The translations under genes and the position numbers were made by a program. Positions 1 to 8,951 of a stretch of DNA of 54,137 nt are shown here, in pieces (position 1 is the stretch's first letter; every line of letters starts with the position of its first letter). A model generated the notes under the pieces. That model did not search any database and had not been told where the DNA came from. It worked only from the letters and a program-made list of their open reading frames with translations. Source of the DNA: Methanocella sp. (GTDB lineage: Archaea; Thermoproteota; Bathyarchaeia; Bathyarchaeales; Bathycorpusculaceae). Location of the stretch: the NCBI GenBank assembly GCA_050261115.1, contig JBLNCY010000052.1, forward strand, positions 1 to 54,137, given 5' to 3'.

Positions 1-630
1 CGCGGCGCCCCACACCTAATCAACCCCGAGCGCCTATGGCCTTCCTCGCAGTCAGTGCTGGGCTTTGTTAGCGAAGTTTTCGGCAAACCCGAACCAATAC
101 CCCAAGACCGCGTTATCCCAATGACTGAAGGCTCAATCGAGCTTGGCGACGGCGGCAAACTTACAGTAATCGAAACGCTAGGTCACGCTTCCCATCATCT
201 GAGCTTTCAGGAATCCTTTAACGGCGGCGTATTTCCAGGAGATGCAGCAGGAACTTATCTGGCAGCCTGTGATGTGGTTGTGCCCACAATTCCGCCGCCG
301 TTCTTTTTGGAGCCTGCGTTAGCTTCACTGGATAAACTCATCGCTTTGAATCCGACGGCACTCTACTTTACGCATTTCGGCAAGGCGGATGATCCTATTA
401 ATCGACTCAAAGCTTACAAAGAGCAACTCAAACTCTGGGCGCGGGTCGCAGAAGAGGGCGTCAGAGCTAACTTGAGCCTTGAAGAAATCCGCGACAACAT
501 CATCAGAACAGACCCTATCATGACCCAAGTATCTCCCTATGTTAAGGAGCACAGAATTTACCAGAAGACCGTTCTTGACAACTGTATCCGCGGCATAGTT
601 GGGTATGCTAAACAGAAAGTGGAGTCTTAG
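1..630 (+). CDS. MBL-fold metallo-hydrolase (5' truncated by window edge)
   Basis: Motifs ETLGHASHH, FPGDAAG and LYFTHFG; frame is open to the window start. Confidence 0.85.
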   Translation, partial: RGAPHLINPERLWPSSQSVLGFVSEVFGKPEPIPQDRVIPMTEGSIELGDGGKLTVIETLGHASHHLSFQESFNGGVFPGDAAGTYLAACDVVVPTIPPPFFLEPALASLDKLIALNPTALYFTHFGKADDPINRLKAYKEQLKLWARVAEEGVRANLSLEEIRDNIIRTDPIMTQVSPYVKEHRIYQKTVLDNCIRGIVGYAKQKVES

Positions 631-1919
631 GCTTCTGGGGTGGGTGCGTTCTTCTTGCGATTAAGGCGAGGTATGAATAGGTGAGGTAGAGGTATACGGA
701 AGGTTTTTCCATTCTTCCCTTCCTGAGCTATCAGAGTTGAGCCTATGGTTGCGATGACAGCGGTCGTTATTATAACGACGATGGCCATGCTGACAAACAA
801 GTCTGAGTAAGGCAAATTGTACTGTGCTGGGAGGGTGGCGAGTACTGCTGCAGCCAAGCCCCGTGTAAGCACCACAGTCATAATTCTTCTATCACTCTTC
901 ATGCTGCTATTGGCAGTTGTAACACACACGACGCCATATCGCGTACCTAGAAGAATAAATGACAGGAGTATTCCCGAAAGTAAAAAGTCCACACTTGAAA
1001 TCGAGGCTATGATTCCTAAGAAGACAAAGAAATATGTGCGAATAAGGAAAGCGATTTCTGCTCCAAAGCGTTTTAAGCCGTCTTCAACGCGGAGCGAGAT
1101 TTTCTCAGTCCTCTCGCTTAGGCGTTGTCCTAGGGACGTGAGAATGGTTTTTTCGTTTCCAAGAATTAAACCGAAAATCAAAGCACTCAAGGCTCCGCTA
1201 CCGCCTATACTTTCGGAACAAGCATAGCCCAGCATTACGATGCCTAAGGTAAGTATGTAGGAAAAGGACATGGTGGCGACTTTCTTGAGGGCAAATAGCC
1301 ATGCAAATCCCAAGGCTATGCCTAACAATATGCCGATTAAGAATTTGCCTACTATCCCAAAAAAGATTCCGCCGACGTTTGGTTGACCGGTAATGATGAT
1401 ATCAATTAGTGAGAGGCTGATGACGATTGCTAGGATGTCAGTGATTAAGCCCTCTAGGATCAGGGTGATGGCGCCTTTTTCGCTGATTTTAATCTTGGAA
1501 GTTAGGGCGATGACAACTATTGAGCTGCTCCCGCCGAATATGGTGCCGAGAAGTACCCCGTAAATTAGGGGGACATTGAATAGAAAGACTGTGAAGGCAG
1601 TGACGCTTATAACGCTGGAGATAAAACCTAAAACACCCAGCAAGATGCCTTTGGGGCTATTGGTAAGAATACTTTTTATATCTAGGTTCATGCCGCCGTC
1701 AAAGAGGATGTATGTTAAAGCTACGGCGGAAATAAACGGCGCAAACCCCTTTATGGTGGCTTGATCGAATATGCCCAGCAGGGGACCGCAGACTATGCCT
1801 ATGAATATTAGAATCAGCATGTCGGGTACGCCTGTTTTGTTGAAAAGATAGTTGGCTAAGAACCCTATTAGAACTATCAAACCACCCACAATAAGTGCTA
1901 CTGCGGTGAAATCAACCAA
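627..1919 (-). CDS. Cation:proton antiporter (CPA1/NhaP-like)
   Basis: About 12-13 hydrophobic helices; ILFDGG, LEGLITD and RGLAAAVLA motifs; TTG start. Confidence 0.88.
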   Translation of the reverse strand: MVDFTAVALIVGGLIVLIGFLANYLFNKTGVPDMLILIFIGIVCGPLLGIFDQATIKGFAPFISAVALTYILFDGGMNLDIKSILTNSPKGILLGVLGFISSVISVTAFTVFLFNVPLIYGVLLGTIFGGSSSIVVIALTSKIKISEKGAITLILEGLITDILAIVISLSLIDIIITGQPNVGGIFFGIVGKFLIGILLGIALGFAWLFALKKVATMSFSYILTLGIVMLGYACSESIGGSGALSALIFGLILGNEKTILTSLGQRLSERTEKISLRVEDGLKRFGAEIAFLIRTYFFVFLGIIASISSVDFLLSGILLSFILLGTRYGVVCVTTANSSMKSDRRIMTVVLTRGLAAAVLATLPAQYNLPYSDLFVSMAIVVIITTAVIATIGSTLIAQEGKNGKTFRIPLPHLFIPRLNRKKNAPTPEA

Positions 1920-2060
1920 GAGATATCCAGTTTTGGATTAATACGCTGTGCCTTTTAGATTTTTCCTAACTTTCGGCCATAAACTAAACAGCCCACCATA
2001 GAATAACCCAGAAACAACATTTTATTAAGTCCACCACCTTTTCTTTTGCGGTGAAAGATT

Positions 2061-3542
2061 TTGGGCGAAAACGATAGCCGAACCCCACCCGAAGCAGTTC
2101 CATTAGAGAAAATTAACGATTACATGTGGCGAATTCCCATTTACAAGCCAGCGATGAAAGTTCCAGGAATGATCTTTGCAAACCAAACATTGCTGGATAA
2201 AATGAAAACCGACCGCACACTTTGGCAATGCAGCAACGTAGCCCAACTGCCAGGCATATACAAACACGCCGTCACCTTACCCGACGGTCACGAAGGCTAC
2301 GGGTTCCCCATCGGTGGCGTCGCAGCAACGGATGCGGAAACCGGCGTCATTAGCCCCGGCGGAGTGGGTTATGACATTAACTGTGGAGTCCGCTTGCTAC
2401 AAACTAACCTCTCAGAGCAGGACATAAGACCCAAACTGGGCACGTTGGCTGAAACTATCTTCCGTAATGTGCCTTCAGGCTTAGGTAGCAGGCGTAAAGA
2501 CTTCAGCATCTCAAACCGTGACCTAGACACCTTAGTCGTGGAAGGCGTACAGTGGCTCATAGACCGAGGGTTAGGCTGGGCAGAAGACGCCAAGCACTGC
2601 GAAGAGAACGGCCACATGAAAAACGCTAACCCCGCCAAAGTCTCACAAACAGCCAAAAGCCGGGGACTCAGCCAAATCGGCACCCTAGGCAGCGGCAACC
2701 ACTTCCTTGAAATCCAAAAAGTAGACAAAATCTTTGACTCCAAAACCGCCAAAACCTTCGGATTAACACACGAAGGCCAAGTCACAGTCATGATTCACTG
2801 CGGCAGCCGCGGCTACGGACACCAAGCATGCAGCGACTACCTCCGCGTTATGGAGCATGCAACCCAAAAATACAAGATAAGCCTACCAGACCGCGAATTA
2901 GCCTGTGCACCCGGCAACAGCCCCGAAGCCCAAGACTACATACAGGCCATGGCATGCGCAGTCAACTATGCTTTCATCAACCGGCAAGCCATTATGCATT
3001 GGGTCCGCCAGAGCTTCCAACAGGTCTACGGGCAAGACCCAGAGAAATTCGGGTTAAAACTTGTCTACGACGTCGCCCACAACATCGCTAAACTCGAAAC
3101 CCATGACGTCGGTGACGGAATGAAAAAGCAAGTTTGGGTACATCGCAAAGGCGCAACCAGAGCGTTCCCAGCCGGCCACCCAGATGTACCCGACGACTAC
3201 CGAAGCCAAGGCCAACCCGTCCTCATCCCGGGCAGCATGGGCACAAGCAGCTGGGTACTTGTAGGCACACAGAAAGCCATGGAACTCACTTTTGGCTCAA
3301 CCGCCCATGGAGCGGGCCGCATGATGAGCCGCGCAGCCGCCAAACGACAATTCTGGGGCGGAGACATCAAAACAGCACTCGAAAAACGTGGCATCTCCGT
3401 GCGGGCAGCCAGCGCATCCGTGCTTGCCGAGGAAGCCGACCCCGCATACAAGAATGTAGATATAGTTGCAGAAGTCAGCCACCAACTCGGCATAGCCACC
3501 AAGGTAGCGAGGTTAACGCCCTTAGCCGTCGTAAAAGGCTAA
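2061..3542 (+). CDS. rtcB: tRNA-splicing ligase RtcB
   Basis: LPDGHEGYGFPIGG, VGYDINCG, GTLGSGNHFLE, HRKGATRA, STAHGAGR. Confidence 0.97.
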   Translation: MGENDSRTPPEAVPLEKINDYMWRIPIYKPAMKVPGMIFANQTLLDKMKTDRTLWQCSNVAQLPGIYKHAVTLPDGHEGYGFPIGGVAATDAETGVISPGGVGYDINCGVRLLQTNLSEQDIRPKLGTLAETIFRNVPSGLGSRRKDFSISNRDLDTLVVEGVQWLIDRGLGWAEDAKHCEENGHMKNANPAKVSQTAKSRGLSQIGTLGSGNHFLEIQKVDKIFDSKTAKTFGLTHEGQVTVMIHCGSRGYGHQACSDYLRVMEHATQKYKISLPDRELACAPGNSPEAQDYIQAMACAVNYAFINRQAIMHWVRQSFQQVYGQDPEKFGLKLVYDVAHNIAKLETHDVGDGMKKQVWVHRKGATRAFPAGHPDVPDDYRSQGQPVLIPGSMGTSSWVLVGTQKAMELTFGSTAHGAGRMMSRAAAKRQFWGGDIKTALEKRGISVRAASASVLAEEADPAYKNVDIVAEVSHQLGIATKVARLTPLAVVKG

Positions 3543-3643
3543 CCACCCCCAGTTTTTTCTGGGCTGAAATCGTTTTTGCACTGAAAAATTTAATATTCCT
3601 AGAAAAAGAGTTCTATTTTGAGCATTTTCACTGTGATGCTATC

Positions 3644-4291
3644 TTGAAGGATGAATGCGGCATCTGCCAAAGAGTTATGCAAACCACCTACATGCGACAG
3701 TGCACACGTTGCAAGAAGCTGTTTTGCCGTGACTGCATGACCCCCGACGTAGCAACAGGCGACCCCACTGCCATGCTGTGCCTGCACTGTGCAAGACGCA
3801 TCGTCTCACCCAAGCAGACTTCGCCTTGGATGGGCCTTGAGAGCCATCTCAAGTTCCGCGCCGCCTTCACCGATCTTGTGACCCTAAAATTCGCCCGCAT
3901 TGACGGCTTAATCGGCACCAACCTACCCATGGCCGCCTACCGTGACCCGCTCTACTGGAGCAACAACTCCTCAAGCACACACGCAAAAGCCTGGCTAAAC
4001 GCTGGCTGGGAAGTCCAAGACATCAACTTCAAAGAAGGCGCCGTTACCTTCAAAAAAGTCCGCCAACTCCCCAAAAAACGCAAAAAGAAAACCCCCGAAA
4101 TCACCCAGCCCTTCACCCCTGTTCGCGTACGTCCTCTGCGCTCGTCAAAGCCGCCCTCAAACACCAAAGTCTCCAAACTCTATGCCCGCATCAAAAACCT
4201 CGAGCGCCAACGCCAATCCCCCCAGCCGCTAAGGGGCCTAAAAGGTAGACCCCACTCACGAAGCAGACTTACCGATAACAAACCACAATAA
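3644..4291 (+). CDS. Hypothetical protein: N-terminal 8-Cys Zn finger, central DUF7662-like domain, basic tail
   Basis: TTG at 3644 after a GTGA SD-like motif; four CxxC pairs; VTLKFARIDGLIG..LP..A....YWSN...HAKAWLNAGW segment; Lys/Arg-rich C-terminus. Confidence 0.7.
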   Translation: MKDECGICQRVMQTTYMRQCTRCKKLFCRDCMTPDVATGDPTAMLCLHCARRIVSPKQTSPWMGLESHLKFRAAFTDLVTLKFARIDGLIGTNLPMAAYRDPLYWSNNSSSTHAKAWLNAGWEVQDINFKEGAVTFKKVRQLPKKRKKKTPEITQPFTPVRVRPLRSSKPPSNTKVSKLYARIKNLERQRQSPQPLRGLKGRPHSRSRLTDNKPQ

Positions 4292-4538
4292 CCCCCATGC
4301 GAAATAAAGAAGCAGAACTCTGCCAAAAACCGTCCTTAACCAACCAATCGAAAACGTTCACACCTAACTTAGAACCGTCCTGGAAAAGAGGGACTGCAAG
4401 GTTGCCTCCGAATCGGCGCCTAGGGGTCTTGTAGCTTAGCAGGGTTCGCTTTGGGGACTTTCGCCGGCAACAGCCAAAAAGACGGTCCATTATACTTTTG
4501 AGCCGCAAGAGGACAAAACGGTTGTTTCTTACCAGACA

Positions 4539-4849
4539 ATGCTTGCTTCGATTGGAGAAACATCGCTAATCGGCTGAGTTATAGCCTTTGGCCTCGCCGG
4601 CGTATGCATCCGGATGGCGCTTAACCTAACCCAATTCATGATAGGCGGCAGCGCAGGCTTCTGGAGCTGGATAATAACCTCATATGGGGCCGGCGTTTTC
4701 AAGCCGAAGAAGCCTTTGTTAATCTCTCATGGGACTTAGCGGTATTCCTCGCCGTTATCATAGCCTTGGAAGCCGCAATCTATTACAGTTGCGGCCATAA
4801 CATCGACAGCTATGCTCATCAGGCAGTCGCTGAAGTGGCTAGTCACTGA
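4539..4849 (+). pseudogene. Possible decayed membrane-protein gene
   Basis: ATG 4539 MLASIGETSLIG, TGA at 4575, then VIAFGLAGVCIRMALNLTQFMIGGSAGFWSWII; a shifted frame continues AEEAFVNLSWDLAVFLAVIIALEAAIYY to TGA 4847-4849. Confidence 0.4.
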
Positions 4850-5900
4850 TTTGTTTCCCACATTTGCTGCAGTAGGACGCATAGCTTTTGTTTTGGACAC
4901 CGCAAAAGATGCAGTATTTTTGGTCTCCGCCATCAGTCAAAGTGGAATCCGTCTGAGAGACAGGTGCCGTGTCTGGCAGCGTTTGGTGGACGTGGGGGCG
5001 CCTAACAGACCAAATCGCCAACGCAAACGATCCTGCAATGGCAAAGATAATCAGGATTGAGGTAAGCGGGTTCTGTTCGACTAGGTTAAAAGATAGCGGC
5101 ATGGGTGTTTGAGCAGTTATATCTTCGTTGCCCGAGGTAGGTGTGGGGGTGGCTGAGCCAATCAGAGCCTGTTTAGTGGGGGTTGGGGCAGCGGTGTAGG
5201 TTACGATGGTTTTGGGGATGTACTGTCGGCTTTCGTCAATGGGGTAAACGTATGCACTTTTCCCTATGTATTCGAGGGGTGTCTGCCCGATTTTGAAGTT
5301 GTCTCCTGTGGTTTCACAATAGTAGTAGGTGCGGTTGGAGCCTTCAGGGTACTCCCAGTAGGTGCCGCTAATTCCATTACCGAGGATGCCGACGGCATAG
5401 TGGTTGGTGGGGTTGAAGTAAACAGTGTCATAACCCATGATTAGCGTGATTGAGGCAAACAAGATGGAGGTGTCTTCGCAGTCGCCGCCATCGTCGACTA
5501 AGGTTTCGATGGGGAAGCGGGGGTACTCGTTGTAGCCTGCGGTGACGTTGTCAGAGGTGTAGGGGAGGCTTTGTACGAAGGCTAAAACGAAGCTAACTTT
5601 GTCATAGGAGCCGTAGCCCAGTTCGTTTGTGGTCTGGTTTAGTTTGTCGGCTAGCATCTTGATGTAGTAGTCTTGGGTGGTGGTGAGGTAACCGTAGCCG
5701 CTTGGACCGTCGCGGGTGCGGGCATTGATGGGGACCGATTTGTAGGCGTCATAGAGGGCGGTGGGTATGCTTAGGTTCCAGTTCCAGTGTTTGCCGTCAT
5801 AGTCCCAACTGAAGGTTTTATCGATGTAGTCGGTGCTCTGGGCGCTGGCGGGTTGTGGGGCAAGTATGGGTGTGGTTAATAGAGAAATTAGAAGTAACAT
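4839..5900 (-). CDS. Secreted, membrane-anchored transglutaminase-like cysteine protease with C-terminal Zn ribbon
   Basis: Signal peptide; FVQSLPY..D, PIETLVDDGGDCED (catalytic Cys), HYAVG, YCETTG; P/T linker, TM helix, CxxC...CxxC; start may be CTG at 5930. Confidence 0.8.
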   Translation of the reverse strand: MLLLISLLTTPILAPQPASAQSTDYIDKTFSWDYDGKHWNWNLSIPTALYDAYKSVPINARTRDGPSGYGYLTTTQDYYIKMLADKLNQTTNELGYGSYDKVSFVLAFVQSLPYTSDNVTAGYNEYPRFPIETLVDDGGDCEDTSILFASITLIMGYDTVYFNPTNHYAVGILGNGISGTYWEYPEGSNRTYYYCETTGDNFKIGQTPLEYIGKSAYVYPIDESRQYIPKTIVTYTAAPTPTKQALIGSATPTPTSGNEDITAQTPMPLSFNLVEQNPLTSILIIFAIAGSFALAIWSVRRPHVHQTLPDTAPVSQTDSTLTDGGDQKYCIFCGVQNKSYASYCSKCGKQISD

Positions 5901-6122
5901 GATGGAAAGGTGGATAGTTTTATGCTTCAGTTATGGCCTACTCCTTTTAGCCTCTTTTTGGTACACTAATTATGACATTCACCATATGTTGAATTGCCTT
6001 TTATGGATTACTCCAAGGACAAGCAAGCCAACCCAAACACCGAACCGAGCAGAATCCAAAACGCCCGACGGGGTCTCCAGCACGGGCTACAGTGGCTCTG
6101 CCTGAAGTGAAGGAGGAAAGGG

Positions 6123-6458
6123 TTACTTTGGAGGCTGCTTTATGATGCCGTAGCTTTGCTTCTTCCAAGCATCCCGGAACTTGTTATAGTAATCCACACC
6201 CTGAAAAACAGGCGCATACGCAAGCTCCCATTCTAAACCACATTTACAGACAGCATAAGCCTTCTTGTTTTTGGTGTCAACATACATTTGGAGAAGTTCT
6301 TTGCGGCATTTGGGGCAGTAGTAGGGTCCGTTGACCATCTGTTTAGCATCTTTGGTTAGGATTTTCATCTTGCTGGCGGCGACTTTGTGAAGGTCTTTTT
6401 TGGGTTTAGCAGCGGCAGCTTCCTTTGTGGTCTTGGCGGGTGTCTTATCTGCACTCAT
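6123..6458 (-). CDS. elf1: Elf1-like transcription elongation factor (Zn ribbon)
   Basis: Lys-rich N-terminus, YCPKC...AYAVCKCGLE....PVFQGVDYYNKFRD resembles the archaeal Elf1 pattern. Confidence 0.6.
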   Translation of the reverse strand: MSADKTPAKTTKEAAAAKPKKDLHKVAASKMKILTKDAKQMVNGPYYCPKCRKELLQMYVDTKNKKAYAVCKCGLEWELAYAPVFQGVDYYNKFRDAWKKQSYGIIKQPPK

Positions 6459-6582
6459 CAATATCACAACAGCATTATTTCAGATAAAGATATACTATTC
6501 CATTCTAAACACAGAAATATCCACGTAAAACAGAACCTCATGTCTGTGGGGTTGTTGGTCTCTGTGCTGGTTTGGTAGCCAG

Positions 6583-6598
6583 ATAACCTTAAATTTAT
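6583..6598 (+). promoter_or_regulatory. Candidate BRE/TATA promoter of tRNA-Gly
   Basis: AACCTTAAATTTAT about 25-35 nt upstream of the tRNA 5' end. Confidence 0.45.
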
Positions 6599-6621
6599 CA
6601 GAGCAGATGGACTATTCCAGC

Positions 6622-6700
6622 GCGGCCGTCGTCTAGTCTGGTTTAGGACTTTAGCCTTCCAAGCTAATGATCCCGGGTTCAAATCCCGGCGACCGCACCA
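6622..6700 (+). tRNA. tRNA-Gly(TCC), CCA encoded, no intron
   Basis: Anticodon arm TTAGC-CT-TCC-AA-GCTAA; T arm CCGGG-TTCAAAT-CCCGG; 3' ACCA; C5:A68 mismatch in acceptor stem. Confidence 0.96.
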
Positions 6701-6868
6701 ATCACCTTTCTTAATTATAATTTCCTGACGCCCACTCAACTCTCATTGCCAAGCGGATGCAGTAATCATTGTTTCCTAGCCTAACCTGAGAATACAAAAT
6801 CCCCTTGTAACGATTAAATGTTATATACCCACTACCATAATTGAATTCCTTAGGGTTATGCATACGAC

Positions 6869-8023
6869 GTGAATTCAAAATTAAAAGCTGCTTTGGTTCT
6901 CTTGTTGAGTTTGTCTGTCGCAGCTTCCGCATTTTTCGTTGACAGCTACCTTAGCAGCCCAAGGTCAAGCAGAGAGTTCTATGTTGGAGTCGAGTACGCA
7001 TATGCGGATGACGCGGCCCAGCTTAAAGCGCTTGTCGATAAGGTTGCATCTTATACTAACCTCTTTGTAATAGGCTCACTTGGAATCTCCTTTAACCGCT
7101 CAGCACTCGATGAATCCTGCGACTACATAACCCAATCGGGCCTGAGTTTTATTGTGTTATTCACCGGCATTGACCAGTACACCGATTGGCCAAGCACTTA
7201 TAGAATCACAGATTGGATGGTTGAGGCCCAGCGCAGATACGGCGACAAGTTCCTCGGTATCTACAAAATCGACGAACCGGGCGGCAATCAAATCTACAAC
7301 AGCCCCTCACAAATAATAAACGATACCACCACCTACGCACAAACAGCCCAAAACTATGTCGGCAACCTCTCAATCATGACCAACTATTACTACAACTACA
7401 CGCCCCGATTGTACACGGCAGACTTTGCATTAAGCTGGTTTGACTATAAAGCAAACTACACAACCATACTAGGTGAGTTTGTAGGCAACGCGAGTGAAAA
7501 CCAGGTCATCGCATTAAACCGCGGGGCAGCTACAGCATTTAACCGAGATTGGGGAGTAATCATCAACTGGAAATACAATCAGCCGCCACATTATCTTGAG
7601 AGCGGCGCTGAACTCTATGATGATTTGGCGTTAGCGTATAGTGCAGGCGCAAAGTATGGCGTCGTGTTTAGTTATCCCAATCTTACAGGTACTTGTTATG
7701 GTATTCTGGAGGAGGAGCATTTTTTGGCGCTTGAGCGGTTTTGGACCACTATGCAAACCAGCCCCAGGAGTTTTGGGGAAAACCGTGCTGAGGTCGCCTA
7801 TGTTGTGCCTGCAGATTACGGGTTTGGGTTCGGAAGCATTGATGACCGCATCTGGGGGCTGTTCCCAAGCGACTCCTTATCAGCAAAAGTCTATGGAGAC
7901 GTAGAAGCACTTACCAACCGTTACGGCGCAAAGGTAGATGTGCTCTTAGATGAGCCTGAAGTAATTGCACCGCTGCTGGGAGATTATCGTCAGGTTTTCT
8001 ATTGGAATCAAACGCTAACTTAA
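6869..8023 (+). CDS. Secreted or membrane-anchored hypothetical protein (possible glycoside-hydrolase-like TIM barrel)
   Basis: N-terminal hydrophobic helix; aromatic-rich; KFLGIYKIDEPGG motif; several NxS/T sequons. Confidence 0.65.
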   Translation: MNSKLKAALVLLLSLSVAASAFFVDSYLSSPRSSREFYVGVEYAYADDAAQLKALVDKVASYTNLFVIGSLGISFNRSALDESCDYITQSGLSFIVLFTGIDQYTDWPSTYRITDWMVEAQRRYGDKFLGIYKIDEPGGNQIYNSPSQIINDTTTYAQTAQNYVGNLSIMTNYYYNYTPRLYTADFALSWFDYKANYTTILGEFVGNASENQVIALNRGAATAFNRDWGVIINWKYNQPPHYLESGAELYDDLALAYSAGAKYGVVFSYPNLTGTCYGILEEEHFLALERFWTTMQTSPRSFGENRAEVAYVVPADYGFGFGSIDDRIWGLFPSDSLSAKVYGDVEALTNRYGAKVDVLLDEPEVIAPLLGDYRQVFYWNQTLT

Positions 8024-8136
8024 AGGGGAATTCCTAAAAATGCGGCGGATAACGTTTGCGGCAGCAATAGTGCAGGTGCGTATAAGCGAAAAAGTGAAAA
8101 GCACCCATCGACATAACACAGCATAAGGTGACCTAA

Positions 8137-8337
8137 ATGAGTGAACAAGTAAACATGGCTACAATTCAACTAAATGGCGACAAACAGAACTTCATAATCG
8201 AGAAGAAAGACTTCAAAACAGGCAGCCGAGGATACTACGGCACAGGAAAAATGGTCGCGGGCGGAAAAAAATACCAGATAAGCATCCAAGTGGTCGAAAT
8301 CGGCTCAAAACCCAAGCCGGAAGAAAAGAAAAAATAA
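8137..8337 (+). CDS. Small basic beta-rich hypothetical protein
   Basis: GGTGA SD upstream, T-run after the stop; KDFKTGSRGYYGTGK...YQISIQVVEIGSK. Confidence 0.75.
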   Translation: MSEQVNMATIQLNGDKQNFIIEKKDFKTGSRGYYGTGKMVAGGKKYQISIQVVEIGSKPKPEEKKK

Positions 8338-8343
8338 TTTTTT

Positions 8344-8868
8344 TTATTGCATAACTGTCGCTTTAGCGATTATAACATCTTTTAGTGGTCTATCCGTCGA
8401 GTTGGTACGTACCCTGCCGATGGCGTCCACTACATCCATGCCGGCAATCACTTTCCCGAACTGTGGATGCTTACTGTCCAAATAATTGTTGTCCACCAAG
8501 TTTATGAAGAACTGGCTACTGCCCGTGTTGGGGCCAGCGTTCGCCATCGCGATGGTTCCGCGGTCGTTAAAGTTCTTCTTGGTGAATTCGTCTTTTATGT
8601 CGGGGATTGAGGGGTCGCCGTAGCCTGTGCCGGTGGGGTCTCCGCCTTGGATCATGAACTGTTTAATTACACGGTGGAATATGGTGCCATCGTAGGTTCC
8701 CTTCTTGACTAGGTCTAGGAAGTTGCCGGTTGTTATGGGCATGTCTGTTCTGAGTTGAAGGGTGATGTCGCCCATGTTGGTGTGAAGAAGCACTTTGGCT
8801 CCGTTACTGTAGGGGTCTGATGCCTGTTGGGGTTGGGTTGATTTCTTTTCGGCCATAAGTTTCGCCAA
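8344..8868 (-). CDS. Cyclophilin-type peptidyl-prolyl isomerase (cytoplasmic)
   Basis: FHRVIKQFMIQGGDPTGTG, AMANAGPNTGSSQFFIN, LDSKHPQFG; start may be 8856. Confidence 0.95.
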   Translation of the reverse strand: MAKLMAEKKSTQPQQASDPYSNGAKVLLHTNMGDITLQLRTDMPITTGNFLDLVKKGTYDGTIFHRVIKQFMIQGGDPTGTGYGDPSIPDIKDEFTKKNFNDRGTIAMANAGPNTGSSQFFINLVDNNYLDSKHPQFGKVIAGMDVVDAIGRVRTNSTDRPLKDVIIAKATVMQ

Positions 8869-8951
8869 TCATACCAATGGGTGGAGTGATTTATGCCTAT
8901 TGCAAAAACAGCGATTTGACGTATATGTCGTGGGTTAGAAAAGGGTGGGGG

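Noticed and set aside
2061-3542. Intein in RtcB
   Set aside because: Length of 493 aa and contiguous motifs leave no room for an insertion
3134-3643. Long N-terminal extension of ORF 3134..4291 overlapping rtcB, or a frameshift fusion
   Set aside because: It reads as an Arg/Pro-rich shadow frame of rtcB; no clear slippery heptamer; a T-tract follows rtcB and a better start exists at 3644
6464-6739. 91-aa minus-strand ORF
   Set aside because: Antisense to tRNA-Gly (GRRDLNPG is the usual tRNA shadow translation)
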